In this document: positions 33,307-43,326 of the stretch, one piece after another
Position numbering within the stretch: position 1 is the stretch's first letter
Layout of the letters: each line of letters starts with the position of its first letter
The notes under the pieces: model-generated
Seen by the model: only the letters and a program-made list of their open reading frames with translations
The model's database searches: none
What the model was told of the DNA's origin: nothing
Program-made: the position numbers and the translations under genes
IMG/VR virus record: IMGVR_UViG_2703718777_000015
DNA from: a virus
Taxonomy: Duplodnaviria > Heunggongvirae > Uroviricota > Caudoviricetes
DNA length: 64,000 nt
Direction: 5' to 3' (one strand)

Positions 33307-33527
33307 TATCGGTTAACCAGTTCCTTGTTGGTGGAGTCCAGGGTGTCAAACAGGGATGCAAATTCAGCATCCAGCGCCGCTTTTTTGTAGGCTTCGAAAG
33401 TAGCCTTGCTGACAATTACTGCTGGCTCACGGCCTCTGCGGGTGATTTCAACCTCTTCCCCGGCTTCAACATTGTTGAGCACTTCAGAAAGGTTGCCGCG
33501 CGCGGTACGGAAGTTAATGGATCGCAT
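33306..33527 (-). CDS. phd: Phd antitoxin
   Basis: Track ORF 33306..33533; start at third codon gives the 73-aa Phd sequence; overlaps doc start. Confidence 0.9.
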   Translation of the reverse strand: MRSINFRTARGNLSEVLNNVEAGEEVEITRRGREPAVIVSKATFEAYKKAALDAEFASLFDTLDSTNKELVNR

Positions 33528-33599
33528 AAACACCTCGTGTACTCGTTATGTGTACACAATTATAAACTTCACAGGCATAAAGCACCAGCACTTTGCAGC

Positions 33600-33989
33600 T
33601 TAAATCACCGGACAATCATCAAATTCCCCACTTCGGGCATCATTGATGACATGAGTGATCACACCAAAAACAGCATTACTGCCCGTGTATCCATCGTCAT
33701 CTACTGGTAACGCCTCTTTCTTCCCGGTGCTTAAATCCTCCAGGTGCTGGCGCGGATACTTCCTGTATCTCTTTATGCGATATTCACCCTCCATAGCGCA
33801 CACAAGCAGAGAACCATCAACCGGAGTAAGCGAGGAATCAACCACCAGCAAAGCACCCTGCAATATTCCCTCACGGTGATGGCTATCAGCTGCCCGCATG
33901 AAGTAGGTTGCTGATGGATGCCTGATTAGTTGCTGATCAAGAGAAATTCGGCTTTCAACATAATCCGCCGCAGGAGAAGGGAAGCCCAT
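33600..33989 (-). CDS. humD: HumD, UmuD'-like S24 peptidase-family protein
   Basis: 129-aa ORF with UmuD-like C-terminal domain; LexA box immediately upstream. Confidence 0.85.
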   Translation of the reverse strand: MGFPSPAADYVESRISLDQQLIRHPSATYFMRAADSHHREGILQGALLVVDSSLTPVDGSLLVCAMEGEYRIKRYRKYPRQHLEDLSTGKKEALPVDDDGYTGSNAVFGVITHVINDARSGEFDDCPVI

Positions 33990-34008
33990 AGCGTTTTCAC
34001 CTCAATAA

Positions 34009-34028
34009 TACTGTTCATTTATACAGTA
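34009..34028. promoter_or_regulatory. LexA (SOS) box TACTGTTCATTTATACAGTA
   Basis: CTGT-N8-ACAG palindrome 20-40 bp upstream of humD start, in divergent intergenic region; approximate. Confidence 0.7.
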
Positions 34029-34163
34029 TACATTAAAGAGACACCTTTGGTGCAAACGCGTTACGTACATCAACAACCGCTGATGATTTTGTGCGCTTTG
34101 CTACTATTCATCACCAACGGATCAGCGTAACCTCGTTGCCAATCAGTTAATAAGGAATTAGCT

Positions 34164-34616
34164 ATGCCTAATGGCATTCCTCTCGATCCTGTATTGCCCA
34201 AAAATTTTGACTGCACTCCTAACGAGAAACGCTCTAAAGCTCAGCTGGACGCCTGGTGGGACCATCCCTATGGGGTTACAGAACATGACGGGAAAATTGT
34301 TGTTTATTGTCTGAATGGTGGCGCGTGGGACCGTCCATCCGTGCTTGGTTTGGCAAATAACTATGATGAAGCCTGTGAACTTGCCGAAAGACAGCAGGCT
34401 AGATGGGTGAAAACACGGTCACAGCCGACATTCATGTTTTCAAAAGAACCGCCATTTATACTGGCGAGGATGCCGCAGCGACCGGATCATCAACAAGAAA
34501 TTGTTGCTGAATTTTCCTCAAGGGATGAGATGAATCTCTTCTCATTAAAGCAGGAAGAAAGGGAGCGCGTCGAAGTGTCTCCAACTCTCGACCACAACCG
34601 GATGAACCTGGCCTAA
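34164..34616 (+). CDS. Hypothetical protein divergent from humD (possibly LexA-regulated)
   Basis: 150-aa ORF sharing the LexA-box intergenic region. Confidence 0.4.
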   Translation: MPNGIPLDPVLPKNFDCTPNEKRSKAQLDAWWDHPYGVTEHDGKIVVYCLNGGAWDRPSVLGLANNYDEACELAERQQARWVKTRSQPTFMFSKEPPFILARMPQRPDHQQEIVAEFSSRDEMNLFSLKQEERERVEVSPTLDHNRMNLA

Positions 34617-34742
34617 CTCGCCTGGTACAGCAAAGAATTAGAGATGTCTATTGCCCGACTTGAAAACGAAAAAGCCGCTATCCAAGCCCAGCATGAAGCT
34701 GTCATTGCCAGGATACGAGAAGTTCAAAACGGTTAACTACCG

Positions 34743-35006
34743 CTATTTCTTTACGGCATCATCTTTCTGATATGCCGGATCGCTCCCTTTTGGCAACTGG
34801 AGGCTTAACTGCCAGTAGTGCCGTAGCCGTTCCATGAAATAGGTGCGCAGATTCTCTGGTTGCTCGCGGGCTACCTGTTCAGCTATGACAGGTATGTTCA
34901 ATCGCTCTTTGTACGCCACACCGCTGGCAGCCAGATCAACGTTAACCTTATCCCGTTCTTCCTGACTTTTAGCTGCAATATTCCAATCGTACATATCAAA
35001 TCCCAT
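34743..35006 (-). CDS. hot: Hot, homolog of DNA polymerase III theta subunit
   Basis: 87-aa ORF with [39 protein letters not shown] closely resembling E. coli HolE. Confidence 0.75.
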   Translation of the reverse strand: MGFDMYDWNIAAKSQEERDKVNVDLAASGVAYKERLNIPVIAEQVAREQPENLRTYFMERLRHYWQLSLQLPKGSDPAYQKDDAVKK

Positions 35007-35656
35007 CCAGAATAATTGAGTAACGACTATTATTTAACCAGCAAAGTAACTTTTAATTTTTTTTCTTCTCCCATTGATTTTTGTGCACAGCTTATCTGCC
35101 TTGCCGTGCGCAGAATCAACTTTTTTCTTCCTGATTTATCCACAAAGTTATGCACTTGCAAGAGGGCCATTTTCTAAATATTGTGATGTTTCACAAATGA
35201 AATGAATTTTGATTAATGAAGATAAGGAGAAAATTTGAGATGCAATCATGACGTTAATAGATAGGGTCTGCATTACAGACCCCACCCGCATCAAGGAATT
35301 AGCCGTTCCCTGATGTTGTTCCGAAAACATGTGCCGTAAGCTCACGTTAACGACTTTCTTTCACCGAATCCAACTATATAAGGGTTGGGTTTCTACGTCA
35401 ACGTGAGCAAGTGCTCCTTTACATTTGACAAGGAACCACCTTAATGACTGCTTTTTTTCAGTTCCTGAGTGCATTTTTAGATGCGCCTGTTATTAGCCAG
35501 ATTCTGGCTATTATCCTCATCATCGTTTTGATTTTGCTTTTAAGGTCAGTAAAAAATGGAATTATGCACTGGCTTACTTAATGTTTCAGTGAAACATTAA
35601 AATCTCCTTGATGTGGAAACAATCATTTTCTGTATGTGCTGGTGGGTACCTGTAGT

Positions 35657-36019
35657 TCAGCTTTCGTTGGCATTTAACTTCGTCTTTGCTTTCTCCACCA
35701 GCAACTTCCAGATGCCTATTTCATTAGCAGCCGCCTTGATGGCGGCATAAAAAGCATCTTGCTGATCGTAACGCTGAATCTGTTTTTTCAGTTTTGCCTC
35801 CACCAATTTAATTTCATTACGTGCTTTCTGAAGCCGCCGCGCCGCCCGGTTACGTCTGTTCTTGTATAGCGCGTTAATCTCTGACAATTGCTTTAATTTA
35901 CCAGCCTGACTGCGGATTATCGCCTCTCTGACTTCTGCCGTGCGTCTCATCTGATCTCTTAAGAGTTCACCGTTTTCGATAATTCTTTCAAGGTGTTTGA
36001 TGTGATCTGCAACTCTCAT
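35657..36019 (-). CDS. Coiled-coil protein
   Basis: 120-aa ORF, Arg/Lys/Glu-rich heptad-like sequence. Confidence 0.4.
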   Translation of the reverse strand: MRVADHIKHLERIIENGELLRDQMRRTAEVREAIIRSQAGKLKQLSEINALYKNRRNRAARRLQKARNEIKLVEAKLKKQIQRYDQQDAFYAAIKAAANEIGIWKLLVEKAKTKLNANES

Positions 36020-36948
36020 ACTTCACCCTCGCTTGTATCGCCAGCATCCACCAACGGCAATAAAGCCATGGCCATCTTATGAACCAACAGAGCATCGATA
36101 ATGCCAAGCGTATGCCCCGGCTTAATGTTTAATGCCGCCTCAAGGTGACACCTTTCTAGGTCACTTTTCTCGGCTTGTTTATGATGATCTGGCGTAATAA
36201 CGTCGCCCAAAACACGGCTAATTCTTTCTCGTAATTGCTGGGTGCCAGCACACTTGACCGCTGTATCGTGGAGGCGGTTAACCAGTTCGCGATAAACATG
36301 CGGCTTAATTCGGATACGTTCACCGGGGACGCCCTTTCCTTTCGCTGGCACCGAACTATCCGGAATGTCCGGATAGTTGCCAGCCTCGTAAGCTACCCGC
36401 AGCCAGTGCATGAATGTTTCAGTGGACACACAACCACAGTCCACATCGATTTTCCCGCGTTGCTGTTCCAGCCATTGCCCAAAATCCAACCTGTAAGTCT
36501 TACTTTCAAGTTCATCACCATTGAACTCGACTTTCTGCGACGCTATGAGAGCTGATTCGTATTGTTCGCGAGTGACAACTGACTGGTATTCATCGCTATC
36601 AAGGTCACCAATTGGAAGCTCAATCTCACAACAAAAATTGCGCCCAAAGAAAGTGTCTTTTTTGTGGTCTGAGCCAAAAGCAAAAGTCGCGCATGGTGCC
36701 ATTAAATTGACACTGGGTAGGTAACAATAACTCATTCCATCAGGCCACCCGCCGCACTTAGGCAGCTCCTTCACTAACAAGTCGATAAGCTTCATTTTTT
36801 TATCATCTTTGCAAGCCGCCAAAGCCATTTGGGCAAGTGCCAATACTTCATCGGCCGTATATCCAGCACCGTGACCATACATTTCGATACGGGAAATAGT
36901 CTCTGATATACGCTCTTCAGTGATTCTGGTCATTTCTTTTTGCGCCAT
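36016..36948 (-). CDS. Hypothetical protein
   Basis: 310-aa ORF overlapping neighbours (operon). Confidence 0.45.
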   Translation of the reverse strand: MAQKEMTRITEERISETISRIEMYGHGAGYTADEVLALAQMALAACKDDKKMKLIDLLVKELPKCGGWPDGMSYCYLPSVNLMAPCATFAFGSDHKKDTFFGRNFCCEIELPIGDLDSDEYQSVVTREQYESALIASQKVEFNGDELESKTYRLDFGQWLEQQRGKIDVDCGCVSTETFMHWLRVAYEAGNYPDIPDSSVPAKGKGVPGERIRIKPHVYRELVNRLHDTAVKCAGTQQLRERISRVLGDVITPDHHKQAEKSDLERCHLEAALNIKPGHTLGIIDALLVHKMAMALLPLVDAGDTSEGEV

Positions 36949-37304
36949 TTCTTTTCACATTCCTTAGTCCATTTTTCAATGTTCATTTTGGCAATATCAG
37001 TCATTCCATCACCTAAGAAATACTTTCTCCGGTATGTCTTGCACTTAAACCACACTACAACAGCCACCAGCCAGAAAATAAAAGGCCATACAGCAATACC
37101 AACGACAGCCGCGATAAAGCCCAATATCCATAAATGAAGCTCTCCAACTTCTGTTTCCGGCAATATTCTTAAAGAATTAAACAGCAGGCTGAACGAATGG
37201 TCGTATGCATTGGCAGTATAAGACATGCAATCCATATAATTAAAGTCATAGCCTGCGGCTGCCGCCCATAATGGGCGGTCAAGAAAATGTTTTAGTGTCA
37301 TCAT
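36930..37304 (-). CDS. Small membrane protein
   Basis: 124-aa ORF with hydrophobic helix and Lys-rich tail. Confidence 0.4.
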   Translation of the reverse strand: MMTLKHFLDRPLWAAAAGYDFNYMDCMSYTANAYDHSFSLLFNSLRILPETEVGELHLWILGFIAAVVGIAVWPFIFWLVAVVVWFKCKTYRRKYFLGDGMTDIAKMNIEKWTKECEKKWRKKK

Positions 37305-37310
37305 ATTAAT

Positions 37311-37700
37311 TTAAGGTTCAGACCAGTTATCTTCAATAGCAATGCTTAATCTTTGTAGCCATTCTGCTAATTTCAGCATTGCTTCTCTTTCGCTTAAACC
37401 ACGAGGAAAATCATCAAGCGATATTGTTGGCTTGAAGCCCCCGTAATTATCCATTTCAACGGTCAGATTTTGCTCCAGTACGGTATTCCTTACGCGGCTA
37501 TTGTGGCGAAGCAAATATACTGAACGTGATTTATTGGTTTTGTGGTCGAGCTGATATTCGGTAAGTATCATCTGGCTTTTGCCATGACTATTACCTCTCC
37601 ACATACTTACCTCACTTAATAAAACAACTCCATGCGTAGTTGATGATTTTTTCCCACGTAATATAAATCTGCACTCCGGCAGTAAAACCAAAGCCAACAA
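37311..37700 (-). CDS. Hypothetical protein
   Basis: 129-aa ORF. Confidence 0.35.
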   Translation of the reverse strand: MLALVLLPECRFILRGKKSSTTHGVVLLSEVSMWRGNSHGKSQMILTEYQLDHKTNKSRSVYLLRHNSRVRNTVLEQNLTVEMDNYGGFKPTISLDDFPRGLSEREAMLKLAEWLQRLSIAIEDNWSEP

Positions 37701-38097
37701 TTGCTGAAAAAATCAAAACATTTACTTTTGACATTATAAATTTTCTCTCGGTGTCGTAGGTGATAGCACCATAATTGATAATTTAGTGAGTTAGCAGTTC
37801 CATTTTTTGGATGATTTCCGCATGAGCATCATCGTTGTCAACACTTAACTCGTTTAATGCCTCTCGCACTACATCAACTTCTTCTGGTTGGAAGAAGTCA
37901 TCTCGGTTGTCACCAAATAGAACCGAAACAAGCCTTCCACCAGCAACATCAAGATTGGCGCTAACAGGTGGCTCTTTACCATCCTCAAATCGACTACAAA
38001 AGTTATTTTTCCCATCGTTACCACCAGCGACAAATTGAATACAAACCCAGTGCTGCCGCCATCACAATTCCTACCGTTGCGAATGCTTCAGGCCAGC

Positions 38098-39369
38098 TCA
38101 TTGACCTGCCTCCTGGGGAGGTTCTGGTAGCAGCATCCAGAACAAGGCGTTCCCTAACCACGATAAAGTGCCGTCGCTCAACTCCACGTATTCCCCTTGC
38201 ACCTGTCCTGCCATATACTCACTGTGCTTTGAATAAATTAAAATCCAATCATCTTGAGCGGGCATTCGCTCACTACAGCTTATCCAACCATCCGGAGTTA
38301 CCGGAGAATTGCCATTTACCAAGTCAGCTCGAACATATAGCGTGTCATCATGGTGCTGATTGTGGCTGCACCACGTTAATTCGCTTAACTCGCCATCTTC
38401 TGGCCATACTCCAGCTGTTTGCAGCCAGATATGGGCTGGCGCATCCTGGCAAGGTGTATTAACTGGAAACTTGTAAGTTTGGCTTACAGGTTGGATACCC
38501 TGAAGCATGGCAGCGTGGCAGGCATCCTCTACGCCCTTAACTGCATCTGCGCAGTAGTTATAGCGATTGCATTCCACTAACTTCTGCTTGAGATTTTCAA
38601 TTGCTTGCGCGACATCAGCCTGTATTTCCGGAACTGGCGGAACGGCTGTCTGCTGCTCTCGAACGTCATTAGTCGCTATCGGTTCTGCTGCCAACTGACT
38701 GGCATATTTGTTAATGGTAACGATAAGCTCTTGCTCAGCCTCATCCAGACAATCACCGATACCTCGCCTGTCACCGTCAAAATCATCGAAATCGGCACGA
38801 ACCCTGGCAACCTTCATAATTGCTGACAGCACCTCACCTGGAATTACCGGAGAGTTGCCAGCCAGTCTACGCAAAACAGCCTTAACAGCCTCAATACGGT
38901 CATCATCAACTTTTTCTACAATATTGGAATTTAAATACTTCGAAGCCTTGCTATGCCAATCGCTGGTTTTAGGGTCTTGTCCATCCATCAAACGCCAAGC
39001 TTCAGCGATTAACTCATAGCCAGTAACAGTGGCTTCCTGCGCATCACCAATCAGTTGTGTGATCTCTCTTTCAAGCATGCTTAGAGCGTTAGGCATTGGT
39101 TTTTCTTCAGGTACTACTGGCACTGGAGGGGCGGCATAAACAGGAATAACGTCCGGTTGCTCTTTATTGCTTTCATCCGTTAAAGCCCAGAATAATTTCC
39201 CGGCCGGATGTTTGAAAATATAAGCAACTGGTTCTGCTTCCAGTGATGCCAGCGCGATTTTGTATACTTCCAGATCCATTTGTGCAGTTACTAAATCAGG
39301 ATAACGATCCATAACCGTTATATTGCGCTTAATTATCTCTATTAATTGTTCTTTAGTAAAAGTGGTCAT
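38098..39369 (-). CDS. Hypothetical phage protein
   Basis: 423-aa ORF. Confidence 0.45.
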   Translation of the reverse strand: MTTFTKEQLIEIIKRNITVMDRYPDLVTAQMDLEVYKIALASLEAEPVAYIFKHPAGKLFWALTDESNKEQPDVIPVYAAPPVPVVPEEKPMPNALSMLEREITQLIGDAQEATVTGYELIAEAWRLMDGQDPKTSDWHSKASKYLNSNIVEKVDDDRIEAVKAVLRRLAGNSPVIPGEVLSAIMKVARVRADFDDFDGDRRGIGDCLDEAEQELIVTINKYASQLAAEPIATNDVREQQTAVPPVPEIQADVAQAIENLKQKLVECNRYNYCADAVKGVEDACHAAMLQGIQPVSQTYKFPVNTPCQDAPAHIWLQTAGVWPEDGELSELTWCSHNQHHDDTLYVRADLVNGNSPVTPDGWISCSERMPAQDDWILIYSKHSEYMAGQVQGEYVELSDGTLSWLGNALFWMLLPEPPQEAGQ

Positions 39370-39379
39370 TCGTTATGCC

Positions 39380-39658
39380 TCAATACACAAAATCTGTTTT
39401 AAATTCATGGTTACATTCTGGGCAGCATGTTTCGTAATCTTTTATTTCTTCACATGCCTGTTTTGCTCCAGAAAATTCCCAGAAATCAGCATCGCAAAGC
39501 AGATCGAAATTGTGGCCGCATTTTGGGCATTCAGTATCAAGTGATAAACTCCAGTAAGCAGGTGTGTTTTTGTCCATATCACTCTCCTTTGATGCGAATG
39601 CCTGCGGCGCGTGGCACATTAACTTCCACGATGCGCACTGTTGGTTTGTACATCTCAA
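39380..39658 (-). CDS. Small zinc-ribbon protein
   Basis: ORF with two CxxC pairs (CPKCGH...CCPECNH); true start probably an internal Met because the track ORF overlaps the next gene. Confidence 0.35.
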   Translation of the reverse strand: MRCTNQQCASWKLMCHAPQAFASKESDMDKNTPAYWSLSLDTECPKCGHNFDLLCDADFWEFSGAKQACEEIKDYETCCPECNHEFKTDFVY

Positions 39659-40073
39659 TCGCTGTCAGCCAGTCAGCTCCTGTCATGCGCTTTTCCGCAT
39701 CGCCATTAGTCCACTGAACCGGTACACCAATAGCCTTCATCGCGATTTCTATTTCCCCGGCAATGGCGCTTTTTCCGCAACCAGTAAAACCAGAAACAAC
39801 GACAAGAACTTCACCTTTGGCTGGTTTTATTTCCCGATCTTCCAGTTCTGCAATGCGCTTTTTGTCTGCTTCCCGTTCATCAAGTAGTGCCAGCACGGTT
39901 TCTGGTCCGGCCAGAAATTTGAAGGCGTTGAGCGCATCAATATCCACACCGTAATCTTTAAGTTCCTGTTCACTTAACAAATCATCATCAACTGGCAACA
40001 TTAACAGGCGTTCCATTGCTGGAGTTGCACGTTCTGCCGCCTCACGCAGTGCCTGGTAATTAATTTCGCTCAC
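39579..40073 (-). CDS. Ead/Ea22-like phage accessory protein
   Basis: 164-aa ORF; N-terminus INYQALREAAERATP paralogous to next gene. Confidence 0.45.
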   Translation of the reverse strand: MSEINYQALREAAERATPAMERLLMLPVDDDLLSEQELKDYGVDIDALNAFKFLAGPETVLALLDEREADKKRIAELEDREIKPAKGEVLVVVSGFTGCGKSAIAGEIEIAMKAIGVPVQWTNGDAEKRMTGADWLTAIEMYKPTVRIVEVNVPRAAGIRIKGE

Positions 40074-40759
40074 TGGTTGCCTCCTTTGCGAAGCTCAGCG
40101 GCGAAGGCTACTGCGTGATCATGATGTTCAAGTGTGTATGCACACTCCGCAAACATCTCCACGCCCTGCGCCCGTACTTCAGCCAGGCATTTGCGAAACT
40201 CGGAAACGTACTGTTCGACGCTCATTCCCCAGCTAAGTGGACATTCATTGAATGTTTCGCCTTCGTGCTCTTCATCAGGTAGCTCTTTGGTAAAGAACTC
40301 ACGCTCAATGGCGTGGAGTGTGTCAGCAAAACGACGTAAGTTACTCAAACCTACCGTAATGGAGAATTCAGGAGCATCACATCCGACGCCCATCTGCTGA
40401 TAAACGGCGGTTTTGAAGGCCTTAAGCCCCGCATTCTCCGCCACCAGCGCCGCGAGATTAGTCTCAAGCTCTGCAATTCGGCACATAGCATCAATATTTG
40501 TGTCCTCCAGGCGCTTAATTTCACCAAGCAGCTCCAGTGCAACCTTTGGGTTGAACGCGGCAACATAACGAGCGTTGTTCTCTGCATTTTTCTGTCCATC
40601 AAAGCCGGTCCATTTGATAACGTCTTCACATCGTTCATCACCGGGCGTGTGCACCGCATAAGTACCAGTATCCGTCGAAATAAATGCGACCCATTCGTCT
40701 GGTGTTGCCTTTTCTGCCGCCTCACGCAGTACCTGATAGTCAATTGTCATTCTCGCCAT
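40070..40759 (-). CDS. Ead/Ea22-like phage accessory protein (paralogue)
   Basis: 229-aa ORF; N-terminus IDYQVLREAAEKATP. Confidence 0.45.
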   Translation of the reverse strand: MARMTIDYQVLREAAEKATPDEWVAFISTDTGTYAVHTPGDERCEDVIKWTGFDGQKNAENNARYVAAFNPKVALELLGEIKRLEDTNIDAMCRIAELETNLAALVAENAGLKAFKTAVYQQMGVGCDAPEFSITVGLSNLRRFADTLHAIEREFFTKELPDEEHEGETFNECPLSWGMSVEQYVSEFRKCLAEVRAQGVEMFAECAYTLEHHDHAVAFAAELRKGGNQ

Positions 40760-41391
40760 CCTTCACAGTTGTAATCACTACAGCCTTCAAAATCATATGG
40801 GCTGTACTGCCAGGTTATTTTTCCGCAATGCGGACAATTCCAACGCACCTTCCCGCTTCGCGACTTCTTTCTTCTGTTCTGCTCTTTCAACCAGTCAGGC
40901 ATGACCAAACCTGCGCCCTGAACCATTGTTCTGCGGTTAAAGTTATTGATATTGAACGTCCGGCGCTTTGCTGCATCAGCAATGGAAAATGGCAACCAAA
41001 CTATTCCTGGTTCGTTTTTGTTGGCGACGCTAAAGATGGTCGCTTTACTGAAGTCATCTGTTGGCAATCCACCGTGTTGAAGCCAGTAAACATCGTTGCC
41101 GTTCCAGCTACCTTTTTTGTAGGCCACATACGCAGTGCAATCTGACTCAATCGGGCTTTCTGTAGGGATGTACTGGCAATCAACGTGCCACACAGCCATT
41201 GCATCCACACTATCGGCACAAACAGGCTGATCGATATCTCGCCCACAATTCCAGGCTTTTTGGGCTTCTTCCAGCGTGTAAACATGAGCGCGATCGATAT
41301 CAGAACTGTAACCATTGCCGTTATGGCAATGGAATGAGGCGTTATTACCCACAGTTTCACGCAAGCACATCATGTAAAAACGGTTACTCAC
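40747..41391 (-). CDS. Hypothetical protein with C-terminal Cys cluster
   Basis: 214-aa ORF, CPHCG...C..C C-terminus. Confidence 0.4.
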   Translation of the reverse strand: MSNRFYMMCLRETVGNNASFHCHNGNGYSSDIDRAHVYTLEEAQKAWNCGRDIDQPVCADSVDAMAVWHVDCQYIPTESPIESDCTAYVAYKKGSWNGNDVYWLQHGGLPTDDFSKATIFSVANKNEPGIVWLPFSIADAAKRRTFNINNFNRRTMVQGAGLVMPDWLKEQNRRKKSRSGKVRWNCPHCGKITWQYSPYDFEGCSDYNCEGWRE

Positions 41392-41599
41392 TGGATGCCT
41401 CCCAGCAAATTTGTCTTATATAAGAACTGTTAACGCGCTTTACTTTCCCGTCGAACTCCAGTTTCTTTAGACGACGCAAAACGTATGCCGTTTTGAGTGT
41501 GCGATATTTATCCCTAAGCCAGTTGGTCACGACGTAAGTCATACAGCGCCCGTGTTCTTCCAACACCCGAACTATTTCTTCGTCGGTTGGCTTGCTCAT
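41384..41599 (-). CDS. Small putative DNA-binding protein
   Basis: 71-aa ORF. Confidence 0.3.
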   Translation of the reverse strand: MSKPTDEEIVRVLEEHGRCMTYVVTNWLRDKYRTLKTAYVLRRLKKLEFDGKVKRVNSSYIRQICWEASSE

Positions 41600-41817
41600 T
41601 TTGTCGCTCCTTCAGCTTTCTCTACTTTCGCTGCCATGATTTCCAGCTTTTGTGCTGCCGATGCCGCTAACCTGTGAAATTCTTCATCTGTTTCAACTGG
41701 AATTGGTACAAACCTGACACCAATTTGAGCAAGGCTATGCGCCATTTCGAGACTTGCTCTTAACTCTGCTGGGGATGCTTTATTCAGGCCGACTTCCTCA
41801 CAAATAACAGATTGCAT
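41596..41817 (-). CDS. Small hypothetical protein
   Basis: 73-aa ORF. Confidence 0.3.
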   Translation of the reverse strand: MQSVICEEVGLNKASPAELRASLEMAHSLAQIGVRFVPIPVETDEEFHRLAASAAQKLEIMAAKVEKAEGATK

Positions 41818-41826
41818 ACGCTCGCC

Positions 41827-42552
41827 CTACTGAATACGCTCAAACTCGATTACCCACACCCAGGGATTAGCGTTCCAGCTTTCTTCACCATAGATGGATT
41901 CCCACAGGCGCTGGAACGCAACCTTGGCCATTGCGAAATCCCCCTTGGGAGTAAGGAATGTTCCCGGGTGATCAGGAAGCAAACTTCCAGCAGGCGGAAC
42001 GCCCTCATCCCTTGCATCGCATTCGCTGATATTGTTCAACCGCTCAACGCGCACGTTGGTAATTTCCAACAGGATGCGTGATGCCCATCGCGGCATGTGA
42101 ATTGATGGACGCCACCCACCATCAAACTTTTCATTCACAGTGTGAGGTTTCCAGTCGGCATCATCGGGTATCGACCATAAACCGTAATCACCAGGCTTTT
42201 GCTCACAACTGGCCCGATAAATCCTTGCTGCGTTCTTCTCATCGCCACGACAAAGGTTGTCGTTCCAGTCCACACTGCAACCATCTTCATTGCCTAATAT
42301 CGCCCATGTTTCACGAACCCAAATTCGATCGCCGACGATACCAAAGGGGCAATTGAAAACACTGCTTACACCATCAGCCCCGTACCACTGAAAACCTGCA
42401 CCAATTTCCCTAACCATCACTGGTGCTTCTGGACCAACTTCCGCAGGCTGATTTTTCATTATCCGCCGCGTCTGCGTTTTCCTTCCTTCGAGGATGGCTC
42501 GGACCATCTCATCGTTGAAAATCATGCCGCGCTCTTTCACTTCGCCTTTCAT
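41827..42552 (-). CDS. Hypothetical phage protein
   Basis: 241-aa ORF. Confidence 0.4.
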   Translation of the reverse strand: MKGEVKERGMIFNDEMVRAILEGRKTQTRRIMKNQPAEVGPEAPVMVREIGAGFQWYGADGVSSVFNCPFGIVGDRIWVRETWAILGNEDGCSVDWNDNLCRGDEKNAARIYRASCEQKPGDYGLWSIPDDADWKPHTVNEKFDGGWRPSIHMPRWASRILLEITNVRVERLNNISECDARDEGVPPAGSLLPDHPGTFLTPKGDFAMAKVAFQRLWESIYGEESWNANPWVWVIEFERIQ

Positions 42553-42729
42553 GCATCCCCCTTACCCATGCGCGACGATGCCGCCAAAAGTGATAGAGAA
42601 CAGCCAGAAATAGATCGCGGCCATAATGATTTTGAATGCCGTGTTCATATTTTCAGCTCCTGTGATTGATTGGATACATGCCGCGCCTTGCGGCATGTTT
42701 TTATTTTCACTTTCTCTGTTTTAAAAATC

Positions 42730-42746
42730 AAGATTTATTAGAGCAA
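42730..42746 (-). promoter_or_regulatory. C1 operator (ATTGCTCTAATAAATCT)
   Basis: Near-consensus operator between pap-like gene and downstream late genes; approximate. Confidence 0.5.
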
Positions 42747-43253
42747 TTACTGTTGATGGAGAAGCGCGTTTTCATACTCCCTGACCATTAACGTAAGTAC
42801 GCCGTGACTCCTGAAAACACGCGCCACTTCAATCTTATCTTCCAGCGCGAACGCGATTTTACTTAGACCAATTTTCTTAAGGAGAGCAATCTTTGCTGGG
42901 CCGTCATTTCTGTCATCGGTGGCAGGACGCATAGATAGCAAAGGCTCAGCCCCGTTTGTTACGTGCTTACGCAACCAGGCTCGTGTTTTATCCCTGGCTA
43001 TCTCACAGCGCCCGGTTACAAACCAGACCGTGTAAACGTTAAATAACTGGCGCACCATATCAATAACTGGAGTGATGGGAGCATCAGTGTCACAGGCAAG
43101 GTTAAACTCGTTCCAGTGCTCTGTTAATGCACCTTTGCCAGGTGGTGGAAGCAAATGCAGCCTGTCTTCCGTTGCCTCTGATATCGTCCCATCAATATCG
43201 ACTATGACGATATACGGACGTTCCTGGTGTGCGTGTTTATTGAAAATACTCAA
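42747..43253 (-). CDS. pap: HAD-superfamily phosphatase (Pap-like)
   Basis: 168-aa ORF with DIDGT motif near N-terminus. Confidence 0.5.
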   Translation of the reverse strand: MSIFNKHAHQERPYIVIVDIDGTISEATEDRLHLLPPPGKGALTEHWNEFNLACDTDAPITPVIDMVRQLFNVYTVWFVTGRCEIARDKTRAWLRKHVTNGAEPLLSMRPATDDRNDGPAKIALLKKIGLSKIAFALEDKIEVARVFRSHGVLTLMVREYENALLHQQ

Positions 43254-43326
43254 ATGCCCTCCTCATTGGACGAAAAAAATGCTGGTGGGACGCACTCCAC
43301 CAGCATTAAAAGTGACACTGTAACTA

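Noticed and set aside
37700-38098. Apparent unannotated ORF in the gap between two late genes
   Set aside because: My hand translation gave inconsistent frames and did not agree with the ORF track at single-base level, so I cannot support a gene here.
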